A program made the translations under genes and the position numbers. 64,000 nucleotides of DNA from Candidatus Thorarchaeota archaeon (lineage in GTDB: Archaea; Asgardarchaeota; Thorarchaeia; Thorarchaeales; Thorarchaeaceae): the NCBI GenBank assembly GCA_029855935.1, contig JAGSHN010000018.1:76547-140546 (forward strand), in the 5' to 3' direction. Below the pieces are notes generated by a model. It saw only the letters and a list, made by a program, of their open reading frames with translations. It was not told the DNA's origin and did no database searches. Positions 40,828 through 49,891 of this stretch are shown here, one piece after another (position 1 is the first letter of the stretch; the number at the start of each line of letters is the position of its first letter).

Positions 40828-41619
40828 TCACATAATCGTAGAAGCCGCCATGAATAGGGCAAGCTCCTTGGGAATCTCTGGAGCAATCGACTCGAATCTT
40901 ACTTGTAGTCTTCCCGGCCCGCGGAGTCCAATGATTGCGGCCGCAAACCTCTGCCACATCCTGATACGCCCCAGATTCAGAACACATTGTCCTCGGGCAT
41001 CAACCATCTGCAAACTTTGGACACCCCATTCAACAGCGTACCACCTGGGTCCGCTCTGATCTCGAACCACAACTGTGGGCCTCATCCGTAGCGACTCAAC
41101 AAATGGAGCGTATTCAATTGCTCTCCGTGGTTTCCCGCCCTCTATACTGCAGATTCCCCGGTATGAATCGACAAAATAGATGTGGCCATCTGAATCCTCT
41201 ATCTGCGTGGCATATTTGCCAAAGCTACAGGTCAACATTGGCAAGAATATCGATGTCTTGAGGCACACCCCGTTCCTGTCTATGATGGCAAACTCGTTTC
41301 TCCAGATGATCATATTCTCAAGGGTTTCTGCATCCCAGACCACAGGATGTTTCACTATCAGACAGTAGGTCTCTTCAGGGTGGGCCGGTCTGGACACCTG
41401 ATACCCACTCATTCTTCCAAGTCCCTTGAGTCCTATCCTGATGGCAGGCATCTCATATTCTCGAAGAGTAACTGTGCAGCCACTCAGATTCAGACTCTCA
41501 AGTTCCCCAATCGGGCGGTACTTCTCTAGGAGGTCCTGTCTCCATCTGTCAACTCGCTCTGCGACCCTTTGCTTCATCTCTGTCTGCACAGCCACTGGTC
41601 CATCCCTACTGTCCGTCAA
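40828..41619 (-). CDS. Soluble beta-rich protein (possible tubby/scramblase-like fold), putative immunity partner of T3
   Basis: Directly follows T3; beta-strand pattern with terminal hydrophobic helix; fold is a guess. Confidence 0.6.
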   Translation of the reverse strand: MTDSRDGPVAVQTEMKQRVAERVDRWRQDLLEKYRPIGELESLNLSGCTVTLREYEMPAIRIGLKGLGRMSGYQVSRPAHPEETYCLIVKHPVVWDAETLENMIIWRNEFAIIDRNGVCLKTSIFLPMLTCSFGKYATQIEDSDGHIYFVDSYRGICSIEGGKPRRAIEYAPFVESLRMRPTVVVRDQSGPRWYAVEWGVQSLQMVDARGQCVLNLGRIRMWQRFAAAIIGLRGPGRLQVRFESIAPEIPKELALFMAASTIM

Positions 41620-41622
41620 ATA

Positions 41623-42753
41623 TCATACAACAAGTTCAAAGGTGCAGCAAGGAGCATATGCATAGGAGAAGGTATCAATCACATATTCCAAGACCCCAAT
41701 TACGATGGATACCCATTCACTGACACCGATTTTTGATAGAGCCATGTCGGCAGTCATGGTCAACTTTCCCAGTCTTAGGGCAAGTGCACGTGATAGTGGT
41801 CCACTGACATACGTGCTTATCAAGGGGATCAAGACAGCATTAACCAATGGCATAATATTGCCCAAGCCAATTAGACTCAAGATGTGAGGCAACAAGAGGC
41901 CTATGGCATACGTGATAAGTGAACTAAGAAATGTGAGCACATACATATCAAGTGATGAAATGACCGCAGTTACCAATGTTCCTATGAGTGAAACCGCAAG
42001 GCCCCCTAGTATGGCTGTGCAGAACACTTGCAAGGCTGGTTTGATGAGAACTGGCCAGATCCAATTGAGTAGTCCATTTCCGAAACCAATGTCAATACAA
42101 TCCAAGAGAATGCCTATCGCATCCCAAGTAGTCCCAAACACACCAATCCCGAGCGCTAGGCAAGCGTGTAGCATAAACGAGAGTGTGTTTCCCCTAATAG
42201 TCGCACTCGGCCATGGATAGTAGGATATCTGAATCGTGAATGGAGCAAGAAGATGTAGTCTTGTTTCGCCTTTCAGAAGCCTAGATATCTGGGTAAACAC
42301 CATACCGCTCAACGTTGCCTCCGTCGGTCTGAGCAAGAAGGTGGCTATGAGCGCACCAAGTGTAGCATCTACTAGTCCGTCAAAACCCACGGCAATAGTC
42401 GGGGATACATACTTGTTTATGTTTCCAGATTCACAGGCCAGCACTATGTCCTTTCCCGGGGTCATCGCGGTTCTACTACTGAATGCTTTCCATGAGAGCA
42501 TACGTGACTGTGTGAGAATCCCCTCCTCTGAGCCGTGGGACACCCACACGACTCTTCCAAACGCTCGATGGATTGTCAATGCATAATCCAGCGAGCCGTA
42601 CTCCACCACCCAGACATCAGGTACGTTCTCAGTGATAGTCCGGACCGCTGTGTTCACCGCACTGTCGCGATGCATCACCACAACAACATCAGCCATCACT
42701 GGTGTTGAGAGAGGCATGACCCACAGCGGGGACATCATCATCACAATCATCAC
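41623..42753 (-). CDS. T3: leader + caspase/CHAT-like protease (His73/Cys107) + 207-aa hydrophobic C-terminal domain
   Basis: VVWVSHGS, DIVLACES; N-terminus nearly identical to T1, C-terminus not alignable by eye. Confidence 0.8.
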   Translation of the reverse strand: MMIVMMMSPLWVMPLSTPVMADVVVVMHRDSAVNTAVRTITENVPDVWVVEYGSLDYALTIHRAFGRVVWVSHGSEEGILTQSRMLSWKAFSSRTAMTPGKDIVLACESGNINKYVSPTIAVGFDGLVDATLGALIATFLLRPTEATLSGMVFTQISRLLKGETRLHLLAPFTIQISYYPWPSATIRGNTLSFMLHACLALGIGVFGTTWDAIGILLDCIDIGFGNGLLNWIWPVLIKPALQVFCTAILGGLAVSLIGTLVTAVISSLDMYVLTFLSSLITYAIGLLLPHILSLIGLGNIMPLVNAVLIPLISTYVSGPLSRALALRLGKLTMTADMALSKIGVSEWVSIVIGVLEYVIDTFSYAYAPCCTFELVV

Positions 42754-43316
42754 AAGAACAATTCTCAGCGAGATGCGGTCATGACGACCGACCGACCTAG
42801 ATTAGCCCGTGGGCTCGCTGCACCACCCATCAATCTCTCTCCCTCATATGCGATTCCTTGTCGAATCCGACACCTGAGCAGATGAATTTATGTCTTGCGG
42901 GCGGTCTTCAAGACTGGGACTTCTCCACGGCGACACTGTGACACGGGATGGAATGATTGCGAGCCTCTGCATCGATGGCCATCCGAGGTGGCCTCGCCGA
43001 GAAACCACCGATACGGAGTGTATTCATAGCTACCTAGACCCAACTCTCTTGGGGATGAACACTTGTTGCGGAAAATGAGCATAGACAGAAGACTCTATCA
43101 CAGAGGAGAGTCGCCGCTCTGTGATTTCCGTGCGAACAGTTGATGGCGGCGTGGTGACAGAGACACACGAGGAGTACTGAGATGCCAAATCCTTGCTTAT
43201 CCTCTCACTCGCCCAAGATGCTGTGAGCGTCTCAGCCAGATGTTTACATATCAAGTTTGCGAGATACAGCGCAGTAACCACCATAGGTACATAGACGCTC
43301 CGGGCCGAACAACAGC
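42515..43316. repeat. Chimeric repeat A'+C' joined at ATCCT (43189-43193)
   Basis: 42515-43193 matches 23008-23777; 43189-43316 matches 34953-35069. Confidence 0.9.
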
Positions 43317-43371
43317 ACCTGCTTCGCCGACCAAAATCACCAATGCAATCTATCATCTAGACAGATGACTC

Positions 43372-44325
43372 TCAATCAGAGACCCTGATTCCAAGGTCGT
43401 CAAGAAGATCCTCCAGAGCGGTCGTGTCATCCAGCCAGGATACGTACGTTGAAACAGCCCGGACGAGGGCCTCATTGAGTGCGCGAGCTGGGTCACTCTC
43501 GTCAGTCATCTCGACCGGCTCGTCCACTCCCTGAAGCACGACACGAGCGCCAACCGGACGATTGACGCGCATCACAATCTCGACCCATCCTGCTCCCTCC
43601 AGACACTCGATTCGGCCCACAGGAGTGACATCACGCATCACAAAGTAGCCCTCGGAGTGACCGATTCGGACACGTACACCCCACCACGAAACTGCCGGAT
43701 TCTCTGAGAGAAGACGCAACGCTGCCCGTAGCTGCCTGGGGCCAACCGTAGCGAACTCACTCCCGGCCGCGGTCGGGATGGCCCTATAGGCGAATCTCGA
43801 CAGTGCAAGACCATAGATGAGCAGTGACAGTCCGAAGATGAGAGGCGCGGCCTGCAGAGAATAGATTGAGAGGCTGGCTATGACGACTGGACCCGCGAGG
43901 CCGACAACGAGAGAGATGATTGACAGGGATAGTGCAGGCCAGTCAAGAGATGTTGCCAGATGCAGATATGAGGAGGTGTACTCTCTGACCATGGACTCGT
44001 ACTCGCTAGGCGACATCTCGCGTTCTCTGAACTCCCACGACGGTTCCCGATAGGTCAGACGCTGTCGCATAGCCCACGACAACAGGACAGCAAGAGCCGT
44101 CAGGACAAAGAAGAACAGTCCTGCGTGGTACAACCATGGGAGAACTGTCACATTGATCTCAAGAAGCTGATAGCGAGCGGTGTCGACTCCAACAATCGTC
44201 AGAACCATCAGAGAAACAAACAGGACAATGCGGAGAGGAGACAGTCCTTCCAGCTTTACTGGTGAGGTTGGCCTCTCGTCATCATCCAACATCATCATCT
44301 CGCAAACGTATGTAGGTCTCGTCAC
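43372..44325 (-). CDS. Four-TM membrane protein, paralogue 2
   Basis: YREPSWEFREREMSPSEY motif; overlaps upstream paralogue. Confidence 0.8.
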   Translation of the reverse strand: MTRPTYVCEMMMLDDDERPTSPVKLEGLSPLRIVLFVSLMVLTIVGVDTARYQLLEINVTVLPWLYHAGLFFFVLTALAVLLSWAMRQRLTYREPSWEFREREMSPSEYESMVREYTSSYLHLATSLDWPALSLSIISLVVGLAGPVVIASLSIYSLQAAPLIFGLSLLIYGLALSRFAYRAIPTAAGSEFATVGPRQLRAALRLLSENPAVSWWGVRVRIGHSEGYFVMRDVTPVGRIECLEGAGWVEIVMRVNRPVGARVVLQGVDEPVEMTDESDPARALNEALVRAVSTYVSWLDDTTALEDLLDDLGIRVSD

Positions 44326-45332
44326 TCATTCTCAGGGTATGCCACGCCAAGCTCTCTCAGAGTGTCCCTGATCTCCGGCCGGTCCTCTGTCTGAAGAGCC
44401 TCGAGCAGCAGGAGCGCAATACCGTTCGTAGTGACGAGATCTATGTCCTTGACGCTCAGCTCCCTGCCTCTGACCCCGACAGGCGGTGTGACGTACTCCC
44501 CCATCGAGGCGAAGCCCACGGTCTTCCAGAACTCCCGGTCCGTTCTGGTCCACATCCACACGATGTCGTCCTTTGGCTCCCCCCTGCTGAGGCGCACTGT
44601 CAGACGGGAGAGGGCACCAATCTCATCGCTCCACGCCTCTATTCGGCCATCGGGAACTCCCCGGACCCTCAGCACCACACGAATCCCGGCGTACGAACGA
44701 TAGGGCCCGAAGGTCGCCTCCTGGACCGCAATGGACACAGACTCCACCCCAGGCAACTTGGCCTGTCGCCGCGCGAGCCAGATCGCCTCACGAAAGAGCG
44801 GCATCTTGAAGTCCTCCGCTGCGGCGTTCGATGTCGCCCGGAAGGCGCCATATGCGGCAATGGCAGTGGCCACTGCGACGAGAATCGATGAGAACAGTGG
44901 AAGAAGAGTGGTCAGTAGTGGTGCTGTATCCAGGACATAGACTGGGAGAGCAGCTACAACTATCAGAAGGAGCGGGGGTGTCATGAAGTACCAGAACCTG
45001 CTGTTGGGGACCAGCCGGATGTACTGGGCGGGCAGCGTCTTGGCCAGTTGCTCCGCCTCCTCGATGCTGAGCTCTCTTGAGGACAGCTCCCAGTCCGGCT
45101 TGCCGTAGTCGACGACCCGCCTCTTGAATGACCAGCCCACGAGGTAGCCCACAGTGACTGCAAGGGTGGGCGCTGCGACGAACGTCAGGAGATACGACAA
45201 CAGTGAAGACCAGTCGACCGCGCCAGTCATCGTTGTGAGAGAGAAGACCCCGACGGTGGAGATGACGTCAAGGATCACCGAGGCGACAATGAATGGCCAG
45301 AGAGGCCTCTCGACTATGGGTCCAGCGTTCAT
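44322..45332 (-). CDS. Four-TM membrane protein, paralogue 1
   Basis: YGKPDWELSSRELSIEEA motif; start MNAGP. Confidence 0.8.
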   Translation of the reverse strand: MNAGPIVERPLWPFIVASVILDVISTVGVFSLTTMTGAVDWSSLLSYLLTFVAAPTLAVTVGYLVGWSFKRRVVDYGKPDWELSSRELSIEEAEQLAKTLPAQYIRLVPNSRFWYFMTPPLLLIVVAALPVYVLDTAPLLTTLLPLFSSILVAVATAIAAYGAFRATSNAAAEDFKMPLFREAIWLARRQAKLPGVESVSIAVQEATFGPYRSYAGIRVVLRVRGVPDGRIEAWSDEIGALSRLTVRLSRGEPKDDIVWMWTRTDREFWKTVGFASMGEYVTPPVGVRGRELSVKDIDLVTTNGIALLLLEALQTEDRPEIRDTLRELGVAYPENE

Positions 45333-45395
45333 ACGTCCAGCCCTTCCTGCGGGCACCTTCAGCGTGGCTATAAGCATTGTCCAACTGGTAGGACA

Positions 45396-46124
45396 TCATA
45401 TCCTACGAGGGCGGCCCACTGTGCTCATATAGATGACGCTCTCAGAGATGCCATCAAGACCGAAGATCCCGTTGACCTCGTCATCAAAGAAGGCCCCTAT
45501 CTGGCAGGACCCCAGGCCCTCACCGACTGCTGCAAGGGCGAGATTCTGTGCGATGTGTGCGGCATCGAGGAAGACATACCTGTAGGCCCGGTCGTGATAT
45601 CTCGATGCTGAACGGGCAAAGATCGCGCTCCACACGAAGACCGTTGCAGCCCTCTCGACAGAGTGCTGGTTGAGCGCAGCACGACGCAATCTCACAGAGA
45701 AGGTGCCCGTCTCCAGCTGTTCCAGAATGTGTTCTCGAACGTTGTAGTGGTACAGGCCTGGCTCTAGGCCCTCGACCCGATGTGCTGAGAGATAGGTCTC
45801 TATGGGATAGCGTGCGCCTGCAGAGGGTGCGGCCCTCAGACCAAACCCGTGCTCGTGTGATGTTATCCCCTGAGTCGCCCACAACATCTGCGACAGCTGG
45901 CGCATTGTGATCGGGCCGTCTGTGTACTCTCTCACACTGCGCCTGCGCCGGATCACGTCCCATAGCGGCTCGCCGCCCTCTGTGGTCGGCGGGTCAAGAG
46001 ATATTGTCGGCACGTCAGGATAGGACTTGAACATTGTAGGCGCTGGTGGAGCGGGACCACCACCGCCAAGCTGACCGCGTGAGTATTTCGTTTCTGCCAA
46101 GAATCTTGCTCCGGAGGACTCCAT
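45396..46124 (-). CDS. SagB/ThcOx-type nitroreductase-family dehydrogenase
   Basis: RRRSVREY, RAAPSAGARYP, LDAAHIAQN, IGAFFD. Confidence 0.92.
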   Translation of the reverse strand: MESSGARFLAETKYSRGQLGGGGPAPPAPTMFKSYPDVPTISLDPPTTEGGEPLWDVIRRRRSVREYTDGPITMRQLSQMLWATQGITSHEHGFGLRAAPSAGARYPIETYLSAHRVEGLEPGLYHYNVREHILEQLETGTFSVRLRRAALNQHSVERAATVFVWSAIFARSASRYHDRAYRYVFLDAAHIAQNLALAAVGEGLGSCQIGAFFDDEVNGIFGLDGISESVIYMSTVGRPRRI

Positions 46125-46257
46125 CAGCCATCCCTTGCCCGTCTACTGTTCAGATTGGTGGCAGGCATAGATTTTAATCATCTGACTATCCCGCCCAAGG
46201 ACGCAAGACAGAGAGGGACTACTCTGTCCGATAGCGTTCAGAGAGGCGACTGTTAGG

Positions 46258-47619
46258 ATGCCTGAAGAGAAGAAACTTACTGTCGAGGAGTTGAAGAAGA
46301 AGGCCGAGAAACCAGGCAAGGATGCTCTGATTCTGCACCCATTCTACAGGGGAAAGATCCAGTCCATCGGCAAGGCCCCGGTACGGAGCTTTGATGACTT
46401 TGCCATCTGGTACACGCCAGGTGTTGCAAAGGCGTGCCTTGCTATCAAGGACAATGAGGACGCGGCCTACGAGATGACCAACAAGGGGAATATGGTGGCG
46501 GTCATCAGCGATGGCACACGCGTCCTTGGACTTGGTGACATAGGTCCACTTGCCGCAGGTCCTGTGATGGAGGGCAAGGCCATCCTCTTCAAGTACCTCG
46601 GCGGTGTTGACGCCTGGCCCGTGTGTCTCGACACGAAGGACCCGGACAAGATAATCGAGACCGTCAAGATACTGCAGCCCAGCTTTGGAGGCGTCAACCT
46701 CGAGGACATATCAAAGCCGAAGTGCTACAAGATCCTAGAGGAACTGCGAAACGACCCCGAGGTCAAGATACCGGTGTGGCACGACGATGCCCAGGGTACT
46801 GCCACTGTTGTGCTGGCTGGCGTGCTCGGCGGCCTAAGAGTTGTGAAGAAGGACATTGAGAGTGTGAAGGTGGCAATGCTCGGGGTGGGCGCCGCAAACA
46901 CCAGGACCGCCTATCTGCTCATCGCGGCTGGTGTCGACCCGAAGAACATCATCATGGTCGACAGAAAGGGCGCAATCTATGCTGACCGTGAGGACATAGT
47001 CGAGAACAAGGACTATGACCCGTTCAAGTACGATCTCGCTCAGAAGACGAATCCGGACAGACACACCGGGAACCTCGGTGAGGTAATCGACGGCGCCGAC
47101 GTGCTGATCTCAGCGTCCACTCCAGTACCAGGCACCATCAAGAAGGAGTGGGTCTCAAAGATGGCTGATGATGCCATCGTGTTCGCCTGCGCGAATCCAA
47201 TCCCCGAGATATGGCCTTGGGACGCCGTAGACGCCGGGGCGAGAATCGTCGGTACTGGCCGGAGCGACTTCCCGAACCAGATCAACAACTCGCTCGGCTT
47301 CCCGGGTATTTTCAGGGGCACCCTTGATGTCCAAGCAACAACAATCACCGACGAGATGTGTATCGCTGCGGCACAGGCCCTCGCAGACCTCGGTGCAAAG
47401 GAGGCCAGTGAGAAGAAGGTCATCCCGACGATGGATCAGTGGGAGCTCTATCCTGCCGAGGCCACCGCTGTGGGAATGAAGGCGATAGAGCAGGGCATTG
47501 CCCGCAGGGAGTGGGAAGAGAAGGAGCTCTACGAACACGCAGAGCAGGTCATACGGACTGCACGTGCGGCCTCAGACATGCTGTACAAGCAAGGCTTCAT
47601 CCCGAAGGCTCCAATCTGA
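46258..47619 (+). CDS. mae: NAD(P)-dependent malic enzyme
   Basis: WYTPGVA, DGTRVLGLGDIG, MEGKA, NLEDI, HDD.QGTA, ANPIPE, GRSDFPNQINN. Confidence 0.96.
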   Translation: MPEEKKLTVEELKKKAEKPGKDALILHPFYRGKIQSIGKAPVRSFDDFAIWYTPGVAKACLAIKDNEDAAYEMTNKGNMVAVISDGTRVLGLGDIGPLAAGPVMEGKAILFKYLGGVDAWPVCLDTKDPDKIIETVKILQPSFGGVNLEDISKPKCYKILEELRNDPEVKIPVWHDDAQGTATVVLAGVLGGLRVVKKDIESVKVAMLGVGAANTRTAYLLIAAGVDPKNIIMVDRKGAIYADREDIVENKDYDPFKYDLAQKTNPDRHTGNLGEVIDGADVLISASTPVPGTIKKEWVSKMADDAIVFACANPIPEIWPWDAVDAGARIVGTGRSDFPNQINNSLGFPGIFRGTLDVQATTITDEMCIAAAQALADLGAKEASEKKVIPTMDQWELYPAEATAVGMKAIEQGIARREWEEKELYEHAEQVIRTARAASDMLYKQGFIPKAPI

Positions 47620-47634
47620 TTGCTGAGAAAATAC

Positions 47635-47687
47635 AGGCTCTGTGCGGGGCAGCCAAGCTGTTCCACACAGGCCTCATCGCTTTTTCT
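47635..47687 (+). terminator. Hairpin + T-tract after malic enzyme
   Basis: aggctctgtg.ggggcagc-caa-gctgttcc.cacaggcct followed by tttttct. Confidence 0.55.
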
Positions 47688-47733
47688 CATCTAGTTCTTG
47701 TGACACGTGACAGCAGATGGTAAGTCTGAGCCC

Positions 47734-49710
47734 TTATCGTATTCTCCGCCAGAGTATGACCGACCCAACCGAGATTGGTACAAGGCTGATAAGGAGCAGA
47801 ATGAGTATCTCGCTGACCTTCGGGTTGGGGTCGACACCATCAGGCACAAAGTCGCCGTCACAGTCGGGATTGAGAGGGTTCAGTCCGTTCTCCAGCTCAA
47901 GGAAGTCGTTGAGGCCATCATCGTCGGTGTCGTCGCTGAGAGGGTCGAGGCCCATCTGCACCTCCATCAGGTCTGGGACGAGATCGTGATCACCGTCACT
48001 GGACAACGGGTCCGCACCATGGGTGAACTCCTCGATGTTTGTCAGGCCGTCGCCATCGGGATCCATCTGCGCGTCATCTACCAGCGGATTGATTCCATAG
48101 GAGATCTCCCACGGATCGGGCATTCCATCAGCATCCGTGTCGTTGGACACGGGAGAGGTGCCAATCTCAATCTCACGGTAGTTGGGAATGCCGTCCCTGT
48201 CAATATCCCCCTGGGCGTCATCCCGCAACGGGTCCATCCCGTTGACCACCTCTACATAGTCAGATATTCCATCTCCGTCGGTATCGGGAAGGAAGATGTC
48301 AGTGTGATAGACACGTTCCTCGTCGTCGCTCAGGCCATCACCATCCCAGTCCAGTGGGGGATCTGGCGGTGGCCAAGAGTACTGCTCACTGTCGGGGACC
48401 GAGTCGCCATCTGTGTCCTGTTCGTAGGTGAGGTACACGGTGAACGAACTGTTGGTGTCGCCAGTATTGCGTATGAGGACGTTCAGCGGCCCTATCGCCG
48501 CATCCTGATCGGTGGTTGTAGTGAAGTTCGAGTCCACCACCGATGACAGGATTGTGTCACCAGATGAGTCCGTCATGGTGATCGACAGGGTCGAGTTAGG
48601 GGCAACGATGCCAGACAGTGTGGGACTCTGTTCCATTGTCATCACTGATCGCAGGACAGTCGACTCGCCCGGAGTGAGAAACGCTTCGATCTTCTGAGTC
48701 GTTGCCTGACCGTTGCCTTGCATCCCGAGAAAGACAGCAACACATGCTGCTGCGCGTGCCACCCACAGCGCCTGCGTCCTGTTGTAGTCTGGACTCCTGG
48801 GTGTGTCCTGTGGTGGCATCTCGGGATCAATCTGGTGACCGCTCTTGACATTCACGGCGGGAAAGCCCTGGTCCCAGAAGGGTGTGTGGTCGGTGTCCGT
48901 CATGACTGACTCACGAACCGTCATGATGTTCTCACCAGAACGGCGCATAAACGTGTTCAGCAGATCTGCAAGATACTTCGTGCGGTGGTAGCCCTGGCTG
49001 GACACAAGATAGTGCTCGGCCACAAGCCGGTGGTCATCAGGCTGTCTGTGCGAACGATAGAGGATCTCGTCAAAATTGTACATCGCAATGACATCGACGT
49101 TGTCAGACTTCAGAATCGCCGAGACCTCACGTGACCCATACAGAGCCCTCACCGTCTTCTGTTCGTCCAGAAACTCCATGTTGCCGGAGAAGAACGCGTA
49201 GTATATGTCGATTGGCAGACGGTAGTGAGAGAGGATGGATGCAATCGTGATGACCACTGCGCAGCCACCCGCATTCTGGTCGATTCCAACACCGACCTCA
49301 GGACCGTCCAGATGGGCACCGAAGACGATGGCACGGCTGTCATTGCCGTAGCCTCGCTGATACCCCACAACAGAGAGATGAGGGCCCCAGTAGGAGGTGT
49401 TGAGTCCAAGCCCGGTGAGGTAGTCTATGACGTACTCTGCAGCCTGCTGATAGCCGGCAGTACCATCGAACCTGTTGCCGAAGTCGTTGAATGTCTCCAA
49501 CGGAAGCATGATGTCTCCAATGTCACCTAGCTCAAACGGTATGTCCCACCAGTCCAGAGAGTTGAAGGGGTGTCTCATGGCAGTGAGGGGAGCTGGCTCC
49601 TCGGTCTCTTGATCCGGTGGGGTTGGGAAGAGACTGTGATAGCACAGCACGGCGGCAGAGGAGATCACTACCACAAACACCAGAATGGAGATGGCCTTCC
49701 GTCGGTGCAT
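47734..49710 (-). CDS. M28 zinc peptidase with DxDGDG (TSP3-like) Ca-binding repeats, N- and C-terminal membrane anchors
   Basis: GAHLD, DQNAGG, TDHTPF; repeated DTDGDG(L/I)xD.xE...G.DP; start MHRRKA. Confidence 0.85.
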   Translation of the reverse strand: MHRRKAISILVFVVVISSAAVLCYHSLFPTPPDQETEEPAPLTAMRHPFNSLDWWDIPFELGDIGDIMLPLETFNDFGNRFDGTAGYQQAAEYVIDYLTGLGLNTSYWGPHLSVVGYQRGYGNDSRAIVFGAHLDGPEVGVGIDQNAGGCAVVITIASILSHYRLPIDIYYAFFSGNMEFLDEQKTVRALYGSREVSAILKSDNVDVIAMYNFDEILYRSHRQPDDHRLVAEHYLVSSQGYHRTKYLADLLNTFMRRSGENIMTVRESVMTDTDHTPFWDQGFPAVNVKSGHQIDPEMPPQDTPRSPDYNRTQALWVARAAACVAVFLGMQGNGQATTQKIEAFLTPGESTVLRSVMTMEQSPTLSGIVAPNSTLSITMTDSSGDTILSSVVDSNFTTTTDQDAAIGPLNVLIRNTGDTNSSFTVYLTYEQDTDGDSVPDSEQYSWPPPDPPLDWDGDGLSDDEERVYHTDIFLPDTDGDGISDYVEVVNGMDPLRDDAQGDIDRDGIPNYREIEIGTSPVSNDTDADGMPDPWEISYGINPLVDDAQMDPDGDGLTNIEEFTHGADPLSSDGDHDLVPDLMEVQMGLDPLSDDTDDDGLNDFLELENGLNPLNPDCDGDFVPDGVDPNPKVSEILILLLISLVPISVGSVILWRRIR

Positions 49711-49891
49711 TTCGCTCGTTCCTGGTACCTCGCCTGAGGCCCGCGGATTCCAGCGGCACTCTGCATAAATATGCGCCGAAAAGAGCAGTGTGGGTCTTCG
49801 CTCAGAGCACGAGTGCAGGGGCATAACGATAGGTCTATTTGACGTGTTGCGGTGAAGCTATGAGCAGCAACAGACCCTGCGAGGTCATCTG

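Noticed and set aside
35070-43190. Integrated provirus or transposon with att sites
   Set aside because: No integrase, transposase, tRNA target or terminal inverted repeats; flanking repeats are better explained by duplication/deletion
22281-43316. Diversity-generating retroelement template/variable repeats
   Set aside because: No reverse transcriptase in window; differences are not confined to adenines and lie at gene 5' ends
45396-46124. Azole RiPP cluster from SagB-type dehydrogenase
   Set aside because: No YcaO or precursor nearby; stand-alone copies are common in archaea
47707-48546. 279-aa + strand ORF and similar long antisense ORFs (e.g. 57995-58954, 62825-63736)
   Set aside because: Shadow frames opposite well-supported genes
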